Shown: positions 24,470-38,208 of the stretch, piece by piece | Layout: each line of letters opens with the position of its first letter | Position numbering within the stretch: the first letter of the stretch is position 1 | Assembly (NCBI GenBank): GCA_038496445.1 | Contig: JALMLS010000596.1 | Location: forward strand, 206,246-270,245 | From: Trichosphaerium sp. ATCC 40318 | Taxonomy: Eukaryota > Protista > Tubulinea | Length of the DNA stretch: 64,000 bases | Reading direction: 5' to 3' | The notes under the pieces: generated by a model | Seen by the model: only the letters and a program-made list of their open reading frames with translations | The model's database searches: none | What the model was told of the DNA's origin: nothing | Position numbers and translations under genes: made by a program

Positions 24470-26897
24470 TTGACATTGATATCCACAATCAACTGAACTC
24501 CCAGCTTCCAGCACTACAAAGTTTAATGGCTTGCTAACCATTCAGTACTTGCCGGAGTCGATGCTGTGTTTCCTTTATTTCAGCTGTTAGACGTACAGTG
24601 TTATTGATAATCTAATAATCTTTTATAAACTGGCTAAAATTTAGTTGTCTGATTCTACACTTTCTTCCATTGTTGTAGCTAGTGGCTCAGGTTGTTCCGA
24701 TTGACCAGTTGCCAATACTGTTTTACTTTCATTTGTATATCTATCATTTGTTTTCAAGTGCATATCTACGATTGTACGCCTACATAATTATTATTAATTA
24801 AATGCATTAAGTGCTGTGTACTTACTTAGATGTTGAATTACAGCTAGGACCCCTTATGTCTTTGGATTTTATTTGTGGTGGACGTAGAGAAACAAGTTGT
24901 ACAGTTATAAGTGAGCTCATCATTAGCCAAAAAAACCAAAACCATGTTACATAACCAGTAAGATGTCTAGTTGCTCCCAACCTTTGTAAACGTTAGCCTG
25001 ATACGTACCACAATAAATATGTTGTTGAGTACTCACAAGAACGAAATATAGAGGATATAGACTGAGCATATGTTGACAACAACTGCCACAAGTTGTACTT
25101 TTATCTACACAAAGTAACCCTGTCAGCACATGATGAAGATGTAAAAGTTGACCATACCCGAAACAACTCAAGTGTTGATTGTTTGCTTTGAGCTTGTAAC
25201 TTCTTTACTCTTCGTTGTAATCGATACAACGTAACACAACAGTATACAAGCACCAATGTGTACCCCAAAAAGTATAGCGTAGGCGATATAAATTGGACAA
25301 ATGTTGGGACCTATAAAGAAGTAAATCTTGATAGATTTTGCAGCTGTTGGTGACCTGAACGAAAACGTTTGTTATTGAAATTATTAGCTCTTGAACAATA
25401 AGAAAGGTGACCCAAGCATAGAATATCCATCTTGGTACGTGCGTTAGAGGCATTAAATGTAATAAATTGTATACCTAAAACGTGGTAGTCCAGGATGCAC
25501 TTGAAACTTGAGTGACTTTAAAAGAGTATGCCTACAGAATTCACAAAGTTGTCAACAAAAAAGAGTCCTGAATAGTATTTACACGTGCCACCACAAAGAC
25601 ATTAGAAATAGAGGTGCTATAATTATAGGCAATGGTAATGTTTCCATGACACCTGAAGTAATATGAAATCGTAGCTTGGCAAATTATTACTACCTACAAG
25701 CCAATAAGGACTTATTCTTCGACATCCCAACGGATCAATAGAGATATACAGCATAATGCCTTTGTTAATTTAGTTTTTAACAACTTGAAGCGGCCACCAT
25801 ACCCATTGAAGCAGCAAGGCAGAGTAGTAAACAGCACAGGCCAACAGTTCTCTTACAGCCGTCATAGAACCTGACAAGTACAACAATTCTTTTCACATGA
25901 CAAAAGAGTGAACAATAAAGCAACACTATTTAGGCCTACCTAAATACTGCAAATCCGGCGTTGAACAAAGAAAATGCGATCAAAGAAAGCTGCCACACCC
26001 ACATCCATCCAGATGAGAATAAATCTATAAACTCGTTGCGCTCTGATAAACAACGTTAACAGCAACCAAAAGAAGTAATCCATTTTCTGCAACAATACCT
26101 GTAGTAAGTGTTATGAATACAGTTTTGTTTAGTGACAGTATGCTCTCAATGTCCTTTATAATAACTGTTACTATAGGTACGTTGATATCGCTGGTATCAC
26201 TTCCGTCAATTTCAAACATTTCCTAAATTGTGTGACCATTCATTCCATGTTTCATTTCGTATTACGTTTCCTGACTTGCGATCACGTGGAGGTCCTAATA
26301 CCCCACATATAATCGCGATAGCACCTTGATTTTGTATTCTACGATACTCCGGTTCATATGGACGAGTACAACCGCTCAATAGAACTATTTTACCTACACA
26401 AAACGTAAATGAACATCATTAAAGTGGTGGAACTGAGTGGCTATTTGGAATTACTTTTTTTCTGGTTTAGCATATTGTTGGATACCTGTTTTGTTTGATT
26501 CTGACGCTTCTACAAGCTGTCCGAATATGGGTTCGAAATTTATAGTATTACCATCGTATTTCTGAGGCCATACGCGTATAGATGTGTTTGTAGATGTGTA
26601 AGGTGTTAAAACAGTTATTGATCCAAACACGTGTAAAATGAACTGCAAAATTGCTAAAATGAATTAGAAGGACTGATTTATAAGCATAGTACCTAGTGAA
26701 CATATGCACCGGTTCATAATTCGGGGATTGAAATGGATACAAGTCTAAGCGTCGGAGTTTCATTTGTCCCGAGCAACTTAAGATCTTTCTTGAAGGTATT
26801 GCAGTAAGAGACGTAAAAACCCAAGTATCTTCACTCCCATCTGACACTCTCTCCTGTTTTAGAAGACAAGTAATAAAAACAAGGACTTTTTAACATA
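24470..26897 (-). pseudogene. Multi-exon multi-pass membrane protein gene (possibly 7TM) with an N-terminal ectodomain; probably disabled
   Basis: Several hydrophobic exons (LPLPIIYSTSILMSLWW, WIFYAWVTFLIVQELII, TLYFLGYTLVLVYCCV, FWLMMSSLITVQLVSL); in-frame TGA near 25035; apparent frameshift after the start; boundaries approximate. Confidence 0.45.
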
Positions 26898-26908
26898 ATT
26901 GTTTAGTG

Positions 26909-28588
26909 ATGAGAAAGTGTGTCGCTTTAGGTATCACGTGTCTTTGATGCTCGCACTAATACAATTTTTAGTATTATGCCTGGTAGTTTCTGCTGTTGGC
27001 TACAGCAAACAGTTTTGGGATAAAACAAACGAGTTTACAGTTATATCCAATAGTACGTCGCTGTTTACAAGCGGGTTTTGGAATACTAATGGCCATGACT
27101 ACAAATAAAAATCCTGTAGTATCGCTTACGCACGTGGATGAGCCCCATACTGGTTTACATAAAATTAAAATATCATTTGAAAATAATGATCACATTCAAT
27201 TTACGTGTGTCAGTCACTCACCATACGCTAAAAATACAAAGGTACGGACATTGTACAGCATATAAAGTTATAATAAAAGTAGATTGCAGTGCGAAATGGC
27301 TCTAACACGACATTTATTGACGCACCTTCAAACACGTTCAAAGCGATTGGAGAGAACCATCAACATTTTACAGTTACTCAATACTCTGATGGTACATTCT
27401 CTGGCTTCTGGCAATCCGAACAAGGTCATTGGCACTTCTTTGATGCTCTTGATAGGTACCACGTTCCACATCACCTTAGTATGTTACTGATGTAAAACTA
27501 GACATGTGTCGTTCATGCATCCTCGTCACAAATCTTTGATTGGAAATGGTTCTCACTTACTATTCAGGTAATTATCATACCACTATCCTGTTTACCTTAC
27601 GTCTGTTCAGGGAGCCTGGGGTCAATAAAATACCCAAGAGAGATTACCCACGAGGTGACGATCTTCCTCTGTCGCCGCCACCGCCTACATGTCCTCAAAT
27701 ATTGTATGAGGTTACAATTGTACGCTTATTTATTTACCTTGGCGATTTTTTGTAACCACTGGTAGAGTATAGCAGTATCAGTATCTTACTATGACATATT
27801 TAAGAACATCGAGGAAGTAGCTAACTATTTAGCAACTGGTATGTAGCTTTTCTATTTCTCATTTATTTCTTACATCTTGTTAAAGGAGTCATGTCAGCCA
27901 ACGTGTTTCTTGAATCTGATTTGGTACTTTTTTTTCAAAAAGTTTGTTGTTGTCTTCTTATTGTTAATGCCTTTCCAGAATATACATGCTACTATTGAAA
28001 ATGCTGTCATATACACAACAAAAGGTGGGGATAAAATCACATCATATTGATTAGCTAATTGCTATAACAACAGGAGGAGAAAGTTGGAACGATTTCCGAG
28101 GTTCTCAAGCTTGCGTTGTAAACCCTGTTCATATCTTCGCTGACAACTGGCAAAATGTCATCCCACAATGCTGTGGTAAATCAACAATGGGTCTAATGTT
28201 CCATAATTGTGAAGAGTTTTTTGGTGGGCATGCTGGCATAGTTTGCAGTGAGGTGAGTACCAAATCTTTTCCAGATAACCAGTTTTTAACCCAAGTCATT
28301 AGTTTCCAAATACAGGATCACATCAACGCTATGGCAATATTTACACGACAAGACGTGCTATAGCAAACAGTGTTGGATCTGCGCTAGGTGGTTTACAAGG
28401 CGGCGATGGCGTGATGGGACTTATTTTTCCTGACTCGCACGTTTTTTTTTTCTCAAAAATAACACGTTAAATTTCTTTCTAGGGATGAAAGACACGACAG
28501 ATTTTCTAAAGCTAGTCAAACTGCAATATGTCCTATTATATCGGAAATAATTTCCAAGCAATGCTTGAAGCCGTTTGTTGTAGCATGA
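26909..28588 (+). CDS. Zinc-motif-less ADAM/reprolysin-like protein, copy 2 (most divergent)
   Basis: MRKCVALVLCLVVSAVG signal; KR site (IPKRDY); pseudo-site TRRAIANSVGSALGGLQGGDGVMG; ends CLKPFVVA*. Confidence 0.75.
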
Positions 28589-28764
28589 TAAAGCTCTCAG
28601 AGTGAAGCATATGTAGCTTTCATTTTCAATCAAATAAACTTGTGTATATGCTACGGTGTTTCATGGTTTCATGGTAGTGGTGGTGATTGAAATCAATGGA
28701 CTTTCAAAGAAAGGGCAGCTAGTTTTATTGTTGTCAATTTATCTTGTAACAAAACGCACCACAC

Positions 28765-30029
28765 ATGAAGATATCGTTCTTTGTATTGCTTGTAAGGTAT
28801 GTGATGGTTTTTCGTTGTGCCACAGAGTGGTTGGTTTAAAACTAACAACATAAAGCGTATTGGCTGCTTATTGCGTTGATTTGTCCATGTACATATGCGC
28901 GCCAGATAGTACGCGCTTTTAACTGTCTTTTTGCGTTTTTCCGTTTTTTTCAGCTAGCGCACATGATTTATTTGTAGTTTTCTTATTTCTTGTCAAATAG
29001 TGGCCAACTGTGGTATCTCGGTCAGTAGTTGTACATTAGACAATAAGACACCAGATGGAGACTGTTTTGCATTAGACCCTTGTATAGGTTTATCAGGCGC
29101 TACACACGGATCATTCGTAGCTAGTGGCGGCGGGTACGCTTTGTTTTGCGCTTTTGTTTTGTTCCCATTTGTTACCCTTTTTTTAGATATCAACTGCGAG
29201 GTTTCTCTGACGCTAACTGCAACACACAAGTTGGAAATGTAGATGATATAAGCTTAACAAACGCTGGTTGTACCACAAGAGTCCCAGCTTGGACCTGTTC
29301 GTTTATCATTCGAGAGGGAACACCAGCAATCACAGGAAACGCTTGGAATGGTTGGCAGTACACAGGTTTGCAGCTTACCGTGGATGATAGTGCTAAAGGA
29401 TTCCTTTTCTAGATGATTGTTCATTGGCGGCATCAAAAAGTGATGCTCCAGTACCTTTTGGAGACTGTTCTTTGGTTCCGTTTTGTGACAGTAATAGCAA
29501 TTGGATAAAAGTCACAGCAAAAGCAGGCGCAAGTGATATGGTTGAAATTAACCAGTTTCGATCTCAATCAGACTGTATGAACAACATGAACAGTGTACCT
29601 AGTCTTGAACGTGTCATATTTGATCTTGAAGCTCGTCCTCAGGGTTCATGCACGCGATTCAGTTGTAATTCTACCTGTATGCAAACAGTCTTATTTTTAT
29701 TTCAATATACTAATCGCTAATATTTGTTTGCAGCTCTAACTCCATTCCTTTCATTCAATTATGCATCTCTGGGAAACGTACCTTCCATGGTTGGACAACC
29801 ATCAACAGGGATGACACCATCTACAAGCAATACGCCAACTACATCAGGTACAGGAAACACACCAACAACTGTAATGACGCCATCAGCTTCTACAACCAAT
29901 ACACCAACTACTATGACAACACCGACAACTACACTAGCACCAACAACTACACTATCACCAGCATCCTTTTCTCAACAAATACTACCACATGTATTTGTTG
30001 TACTTGTCTTATTTACACTGCTCTTGTAA
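28765..30029 (+). CDS. Cys-rich surface protein with S/T/P stalk and hydrophobic tail (GPI-like), copy 1
   Basis: Spliced MKISFFVLL...DLSMYIC...CTLDNKTPDGDCFALDPC...WTCSFIIREGTP...FGDCSL.PFC...IFDLEARPQGSC; Thr/Pro stalk; ILPHVFVVLVLFTLLL*. Confidence 0.8.
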
Positions 30030-30368
30030 CTTAAAAAAATCGTTTTGACTTTCAATCACGTCTTGAGATTTGCGCAAAAGAGAAACGTACTATAAAGATC
30101 AGGATTGCAGTCAACAACATGACAGATCCACGAATAACAATTTTTGTTACCACTACTGCACATCCTATTTCGGTTTTATTTCTAAACTTCCAAAAAACTT
30201 GATCTAATGTTGGCCATTTTAAAGGCCGCTAAAACATTTCCTAAAATAAACCAAATTTCTAGCGCTAGTTCACACTAACTGATATCAGAAATTGACGCTA
30301 GTTTTTGGGTTTTTTCGTACCTTATTAACACAAAGCAACGCTTCCCCTTTTCTAGCGCTTAACCACAC

Positions 30369-31876
30369 ATGAAGATATCTATTATAGTATTGCTTGTAAG
30401 GTATGTGATGGCTTTTCGTTGCGTTAACACGTATAACGTAACCCCAAAAGGGGTTCTTAAATGAGTTGTTTGAAACTAAAGTATCGTCAAGCGTATTGGC
30501 TGCTTATTGCGTTGACTTGTCCATGTACATATGCGCACCTGATGGTACGCGCTTTTAACTGTTTTTTGCGTTTTTCCGTTTTTTTCAGCTAGCGCACGTG
30601 ATTTATTTGCAGTTTTCTTATTTCTTGTTAAACAGAGGCCAACTGTGGTATCTCGGTCAGTAGTTGTACATTAGACAATAAGACACCAGATGGTGGCTGT
30701 TTTGCATTAGACCCTTGTATAGGTTTATCAGGCGCCACACACGGGTCATTCGTAGCTAGTGGCGGCGGGTACGCTTTGTTTTACGCTACTTTTGTTTTAT
30801 TCCCATTTGTTACCCTTTTTTTAGATATCAACTACGAGGTTTCTCTGACGCTAACTGCAACAATGATGCTAGCAGTGTTAATGGCGCAAGCTTAACAAAC
30901 GCTGGTTGTACCACAAGAATCCCTTCTTGGACTTGCTCGTTTATCATTCGCGAGGGAACACCAGCAATCACTGGAAATGCTTGGAACGGTTGGCAATACG
31001 CAGGTATGCCTTGGACAGATGTAAAAGTAGTAACTTTTGTCCGTAGGTGATTGCTCAACAATGACAACAATGACTCGTGGCCCTGTTGCTTTTGGAGAGT
31101 GTGGTTTAAGTCCATACTGTAGTAGCGATTGGATCAAAGTCACAGAAAAAGCGGGTGTTAGTGATAGAGTTGACATTGAACACTTTGAATCTCAATCAGA
31201 CTGTATGAGTGACATGAACAGAAGAGGTTCTGGCGAAGCTACCATATTTGATCTCGAAGCACGTCCACAAGGTTCATGCTCTTCATTCCCATGTTCTTCT
31301 GGTAATTAAACTTGTTAAATTATTGTTTAACATTTGTGTACAGGTCAATCTCCTTTGGTTGCGTTCAGTTATGCGTCTATCGGAGTGCCTGCCATGGTTC
31401 CTTCAACAGGAATGACTCCAACATCTGGAAATATGCCAACTACAATGCCGCCAACTCAGTCGGTTACAGGAAATACACCAACAACAGGAATGACACCATC
31501 AGCTTCTACAAGCAATACGCCAACTACATCAGGTAGTACACCATCAGCGTCCACAGGAAACACACCATCAACAGGAATGACGCCATCAGCTTCTACAAGC
31601 AATACGCCAACTACTATGACAATACCGACAACTACAATGACGCCAACTACATCGGGTAGTACACCATCAGCGTCCACAGGAAACACGCCATCAACAGGAA
31701 TGATGCCATCAGGGTCAAGTGCTAATACGCCAACTACAATGACAACGCCAACAGCAATGAATACACCGACAACTACACTAGCACCAACAACTACACTATC
31801 ACCAGCATCTTTTTCTCAACAAATACTACCACATGTATTTGTTACGGTTGTCTTGTTATTTACACTACTCCTGTAA
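30369..31876 (+). CDS. Cys-rich mucin-stalk surface protein, copy 2 (tandem duplicate with a longer stalk)
   Basis: Same exon structure and near-identical 5' half to copy 1; expanded TPSASTGNTP/TGMTP repeats. Confidence 0.8.
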
Positions 31877-32040
31877 ACCAAATAAAGAATAACTTGTGCT
31901 ACTTTTTACTGTTTTGCGTGAAGTTGCTTAAGAACGAATTCGTTGGTTGATAAAAAAAAGATTGATTCTCAATAATCACGTGACAATCGTCATTTCTTTC
32001 TTCTGCACAAGTCAATTTAAAATTGTTTAGTGACATTACA

Positions 32041-34055
32041 ATGAAAGCGCTTACTTTCCACGGCAAGCAAACTATAAAGGCAAGTCATTTGCGAACTAAC
32101 TTCACCCAAACAAGTTCCACCGTTTCGAAACGTCTAAACGCCTCCACTAGTATACACAAGTACCAAAACCTTCAATTCAAGCGCCTACAGATGCCATAAT
32201 AAAAGTTGAGCAAACAGCGATATGTGGATCAGATTTACATCCTTACCACGAGAGGGAGGAGGGTTTGGACCATGGTACGCCAGCTCAAACGCAAAACAGA
32301 ATTTTTTAAAGAAAACTTCAAAAAAACTTTCCGTGTTGGTGCATAAACTAACTATCTTAGGTACGTACGTACCTATTTCCACGCTTACCATTGCTACGGA
32401 ATACTAAGAATACCCACAGAGTGATGGGACATGAGCACGTTGGCATTGTATTGGAGGTACACCGATTTTTGTTCATATGATTTCATTGAGAAAAACTGGT
32501 TCTGTTCAGGTAGGAGATCAAGTCAAATCCATCAAAGTAGGTGATGCAGTGTGTTGCCCATTTACAACATCATGTGGGAAATGCTTTTACTGCCTGAAAG
32601 GCACGTCAAGTTCCATAAATATGTCAAACCGACATATTCCAAAAATAGTCTTGTTGATTTGTTGTATTACTTATTATGCTATCAAGGTCTCACATGCCGG
32701 TGTGAGAATGGTCAATTATTAGGATGGGTAGAGAACGGAGTTGGTTTACATGGAGTACAGGCAGAATACGTCCGTGTACCGGTATGAACAGCATTCGAAT
32801 ACATGTATTGAACTATTTTGTAACTTTTTATTGCCAGCTTGCAGATACGACCTTAATGCGTATTCCAGAAGGTGCGCATAGAGCTTTAGTATATTGAGGT
32901 AACATTAAGAATAGGATTAAGTCTATCCCAAGGGTTACTGCTAGGTACTTATGAAAAGTGATTAGAAATTCTTATTACCATTTTCCGCTTTAATTCTTCC
33001 TTTTTAGGTGATGTTTTTTCGACGGGATACTATTGTGCCGATAGAGCAGATATTACTTCAGAATCTGTGGCAGTAGTGATCGGCTGTGGTCCTGTTGGTA
33101 AGTGTTGGATATGTCTTTTTTAAGACTTACAAAGTGGTAGGATTAATGAGCATCGTGGGTGCTCAAAGTCTTGGAGCAGATACTGTATACGCTATAGACT
33201 GTGTAAAAGAGCGAATGGTAGGTTTAAATTGTACAGAATTTATGTGTTAAATCTTTATTTGCGTTTAGGATCTTGCTGCAAAGTTCGGAGCAAAGCCACT
33301 CAACTTTAAGACTCAAGATATAATAGCTATTGTTAAAGGTATTATTACCACTGTAAACTAATTAAGTTAATGTGAATTGTATAGATGCAACGGATGGGCG
33401 AGGCGCAGATTGCGTTCTTGAAGGTACAACGAAAGTTAACAACATAAAGCATAAATTCACACTTCTGTTTTAGCTGTTGGTAGCCCACAAGCAACTCGCA
33501 CCGCTTTTGATATGTTAAGACCTGGTGGAACATTATCAACAGTCGGTGTACATACAGGTATTTAGTTTAAACCACAAATCAATCTGTTGCTAAATTACAT
33601 TGAAGAGAGCACGTTGAACTTTAATCCTGTCGAAGCTTATGATAAGAATATTACGTTCAGAATTGGTAAGTCACTTTTGCGATAAGGTTGTTTACGTATG
33701 TACTATTGTAGGACGTTGCCCAGCAAGACATTACATGTCTTTATTGCCTAAGGTTATAAAAGAGTTTAAAACTGATGTATCTCAAGTGTTCTCTCACAAG
33801 ATGCAGTTGTCTGAAGGTAACGAGGACGAACACCCAGGACTGCCTACTACTTATGCTTTGAGTTTTTTCTTAAAACATTCTTGTGTATTTCTTGAACACA
33901 TAATGATAATGTATGGTTTAGGTCCTGAGGCTTATAAAATCTTTGATGCAAAACAACAGGCACGTAATTTTTTTTTCAGTGGGTTTTTTTTACCGTTGCT
34001 TGTATGTTTACCTTACTGGTTATAGGGGTGTACTAAAATTTTACTTGTGCCATAG
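32041..34055 (+). CDS. Zinc-dependent alcohol dehydrogenase (MDR, formaldehyde-dehydrogenase-like subgroup); about 17 exons
   Basis: MKALTFHG, TAICGSDLH, GHE, CGKCFYC...C, GVQAEYVRVP, GDVFSTG, GCGPVG, TDGRGAD, GCTKILLVP*. Confidence 0.92.
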
Positions 34056-34582
34056 ATGATTCAATATAATAGGCGTATAATATAAATGTATTATCAGAGT
34101 GCTTTTTTTTTTTTTTGGTTGAACGTTTCTAGTTTAAAACAAATTCTTGACACTGGACCAATCAAATAGATTTGAGCCATAATCAACACTCTCTTAAATA
34201 AGTGGGAAACTAAAACCCAGTCATAATTCTTGAAAGAAAATTCAATGAAACTTGCTTTTTCATTTCTTTGGCATTGTGATCATGCAGCCCGCAATTTTTT
34301 TCGTACGATTTTAGTTTGAGCATAAAAGGAGTTTGAAATTTCCTTCTCATGTGTTTCTCGGCCTATTGGCTTTGATCATGTGTAGTAAAAGTTAAGAATG
34401 GGTTAAACCCCAGGCAAGTGACCACGTGTCACTTTGTCTTTAACCCATTATTTGGAAAACTAATGGTGATTGACATTGCTTGCAATGTCAGTTCCCATAC
34501 AGTGATTATCCTAGCATAGCACTACCCGCTAGAGTCATATTCACTTTTTTTACTGTATTTGCAACCTGTGAAGAAATCTCTT

Positions 34583-36293
34583 TTATTGAACTTTAGAGAA
34601 TACGCGAGTCATGCACGTGGCCACTTGTTGCAATGTACCAACACAAATGTAAGCTTTATAATGCATTGTTGTACCTGCCTTTACATTGTTGTTCCTATTA
34701 AAATCATTTAACGCATAAAAGCCCAAACATTGTAATCTGTTTTGCATACCGGTGCACTAATGTCCACTTGTTTGTGGAGTCAAGGTCGTTTGGAATTTTT
34801 ACTTGGAATTTACCATAACCAGTGGTTGGATATCCTAACATTATTAGTATCTACACATTGAATCCGATTTCTTTTTAACAGTTCTGTTACCCGGAGACGG
34901 TAATCCTGGAGACCACATGCCCATGGCATACGCGCTATCGGAAGTGCTAAATACAAGTGGATCTGGTATTCCTCCCCCTTCGGTGGCAATGCTTTTAAGT
35001 TGCCTTGAAAACACGAATATTAGTACTGACTTTTTTGTTGTTTATAGTGTTTCTCACCTGTAGAAACATTGATGCTATAAAAATGGTCAAAATCCTTGGT
35101 CATATATCCTGTGGGCGCTTCAACTTGTAGGTAGTGATCATCTTGTGGAACGAAAACACTTGATAAGAAAGAGATTGCATTTTCAATTCCAGCAAAACCT
35201 AGTTTTTTGTTTGCCTTTAGTATGTGTTGTACTAGCTCTTTCTTCATGTACCGATTGTTACCTTCTTTGACATTGTATACTTGGATACCTTGACCTTGTT
35301 AAGTGCCTCAGAGCATGTTGAAGTTGGCTTTTCAGGTTTCTGTCCTGGAGAAAACCAAAAGGCAGGAAGAACCTAAGTATTGTCAAAATGTACTTTTACT
35401 CTGTTGGCGTGCTGACCTGAGTTTGAAGTACGTTTTGAGAAGATGTGATATTTTGAATGACTGTTGTTGAGTTGGGGTTGTGGAGATCTCTTCCAGATCC
35501 AGCCTCAGTTGGATTGAAGCACTCCTTCGCAAGAAATCAGACAATCACGAGCTCAAAGAAAATTTATTTTGTACTCCGTATCCATTAGTGACAGCTGACT
35601 GTAGCTCTCGACCATGATCCTTCATACTTGATTTAATACGTTAATAGTAAGACAGGATGTACCCAGGCATTTATGAACTCACGATTGTTCCAAACAACAC
35701 TATTTAAATAAATCAAATAACTAGACAACATAATTACAATACCTATCTACAGCTCCACCCATACGATCTGATGCACTCATAAATATACCACTGCTTGGAT
35801 TGTGAATAGTATATCTACCGCCATAACCGCCTTCAACGTAACCCAAAAGCCCTACAACTACTTGACTATTTCGGTTCGAAAAGGTTAATAGCAAAAAAGC
35901 TCACCTTGGGCATGACCGATAGTCAAGTAGTGTTCTATGGCAGCAGAATAATTTGATCCATATTTTTGCTTTAAGTATGGATAGCGTTCGAGGTATTGTA
36001 CAGTGTGGAAGCTTCCACAAGCTTGTCTTCCTTCATGAATGCCGATTGTCTACAGAAGGATTTTTTATCAGACAAAGAAAAGTGGTCGTAAAACTCTAGC
36101 GAGTTTTTTAAATTCGTGGATTTACCTTCCAATGGTTTTGCGCTTTCTCCAGAGTGTATAATCCGGCTTCATTTAAATCATAGTTTGTGTTTATGTAGAA
36201 GTAAAAACTAAACACTGATGGAGAGAAAATATCGAATGCCTCACAACACGTGATAAGCGCAACAAAAATAAACAAAAAACGGAATGAATCCAT
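34583..36293 (-). CDS. Secreted uncharacterised protein with two Y-L..Y-P/Y-D-L...H-W/Y...G repeats and a DHGRELQ/NPTEAG domain
   Basis: Signal peptide; spliced exons include HWKTIGIHEGR, HYLTIGHAQG, GGAVDS, EFINAWDHGRELQ, FNPTEAG; ends CVGTLQQVATCMTRVFSKVQ*. Confidence 0.7.
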
Positions 36294-36468
36294 TACAGTT
36301 TAACGGCGAGTGGAAACAAATACGAAAAAACTGACTTAAGTTATTTAATAGTTAAGCAAACAGTCGACGCTCAAAAAAGAGATTTTTGTTGTAAAAGTTC
36401 CATTTGGGCAAGTTGCGCTAGTAGGCTAAAACACACAGTTGGTTTTTATACAATACATCACGCTTGTT

Positions 36469-38058
36469 ATGAATAAATTCTTCGCTATTGTTCTTGTCAG
36501 GCACGTATACGACGTTCCAGAGTTTGTAGACGCGGAAGAGCATTAGATACAGCGCTCTCGCTTTAATTAAACTTGGCACCAAAATTTACACGATTTAGCC
36601 TTTATGCTGTCACGTGTATGGATATATCTATGTACAGATGTTCGGGAGATGAATGTACGTCATTTGAAAGAAAAGATTACGCTAGCACGTGACTTGTTTT
36701 CCGTAATTAAAGGTTAATTAAACAACTTATTTGGTTTGTTTAGTGCGCGGTTGTGGCATTTCTGTAGCTCAATGTACCCTTGATAATAAAACTCCTTTGG
36801 GTGATTGCTTCGCACTACAGCCTTGCTTTGTTATAGCAGGCGCTACGCATGCAAAGTTCGTTACTGATCCAAACGGGTAAGGTACATCTTTCTACACTAA
36901 AGATTAAATTATTTTTCGCGTGTAGGTTTCGCATTCAACCATTCTCTGACGCTGCTTGTAATTTCACAGTAGGCGGTGGAATAGGTCCGTTCGACACCGA
37001 CAGTCCATGCACAACTTTTCAAAATGACTGGACTTGCTCGTTCCTTATCCGTGAAGGCACACCTATGATAGTTGGTACGGCACTACTTATCTTCGCAAAT
37101 ATTTTTAACAATAAAATAAGGTGATTCCTGGACAGGCTGGGAGTTTCCAGGTACATCAATTAGTCTACTGAAACTCTTACACTCACTCAAGGCGGTTGTA
37201 ACCTGCTTCCGCAGATGAAGCGTGACATTACAAATTTTGATGAGTGCGCGCTTAGCCCATATTGTACAACAGGCGATTGGGTTAAAGTTTCACCAGTGCC
37301 TGGGATGAGTTACAATATCAGCATTACGCATTACACATCTGAGGACTTTTGCAACCGTGATGTTAATTCAAGAGTTCAATATGCAGGTATTTTCGATTTG
37401 GAGGTAACGCCTACTGGAGCTTGCTCTACTTTTCAATGTGGTGGATGTATGTTTATTTTCCTTTTTTTGTTAAATTCACTCTTTAACATTTCGTTTACAG
37501 CTCAATCCCTCCCCACCGCTTTCAAGTATGCAGTTACAGGCTCTCCATTCGTTCAAACACCAAACAGTGGCGTGTCTCCAATAGGAGCAACACCTACCTC
37601 AGGCACAACTCCTGTAGGCACCAATACGCCAACATCCGGTAATACGCCTGTAGTTGGCGCTGTACCAGCATCCGGTAATACACCTGTAGTTGGCGCTGTA
37701 CCTGCATCTGGTATTACACCCAGCAGCGATACTCCAGCGACACCTTCAACTGGAACCCCAACAATACCTACAACTGTCATCACACCAAGTACTGTCAACA
37801 CACCTACTACTGTCAATACACCAAGTACTGTCAATACACCAAGTACTGTCAACACACCAAGTACTGTCAATACGCCAAGTACTGTAATCATACCATCAAG
37901 TTCAGTAGCACCAATTGACTCAAACGTACCATCAGCTCGTTCAAGTGGCATTACCTTGGTAAACTTTTTGCTACTTTTGTGATAAATTTTGTTAACATTG
38001 TTTCATTTAGGTTCCTTTGTCATTTGTTTTATTTGTAATGGTGATTTTTGCCTTTTAA
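36469..38058 (+). CDS. Cys-rich mucin-stalk surface protein, copy 3
   Basis: MNKFFAIVLV; CTLDNKTPLGDCFALQPC; WTCSFLIREGTP; TPSTVN repeats; last exon VPLSFVLFVMVIFAF*. Confidence 0.8.
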
Positions 38059-38208
38059 TTAATAAGTTAAATAAATAGTGTATTGTCAGCATACTACAAA
38101 CGTTTTACAATCAGTAAAGTAGCTCCACAGAGCCAAGGAGATTCACATTTTAAAAAAAAAGATGAATAGTCGATGACGTATTAACTAACTTGACTTTTAG
38201 TACGAAAC

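Noticed and set aside
37780-37890. 18-bp tandem repeats as a possible CRISPR array or satellite
   Set aside because: Coding TPSTVN repeats with no unique spacers; eukaryotic context
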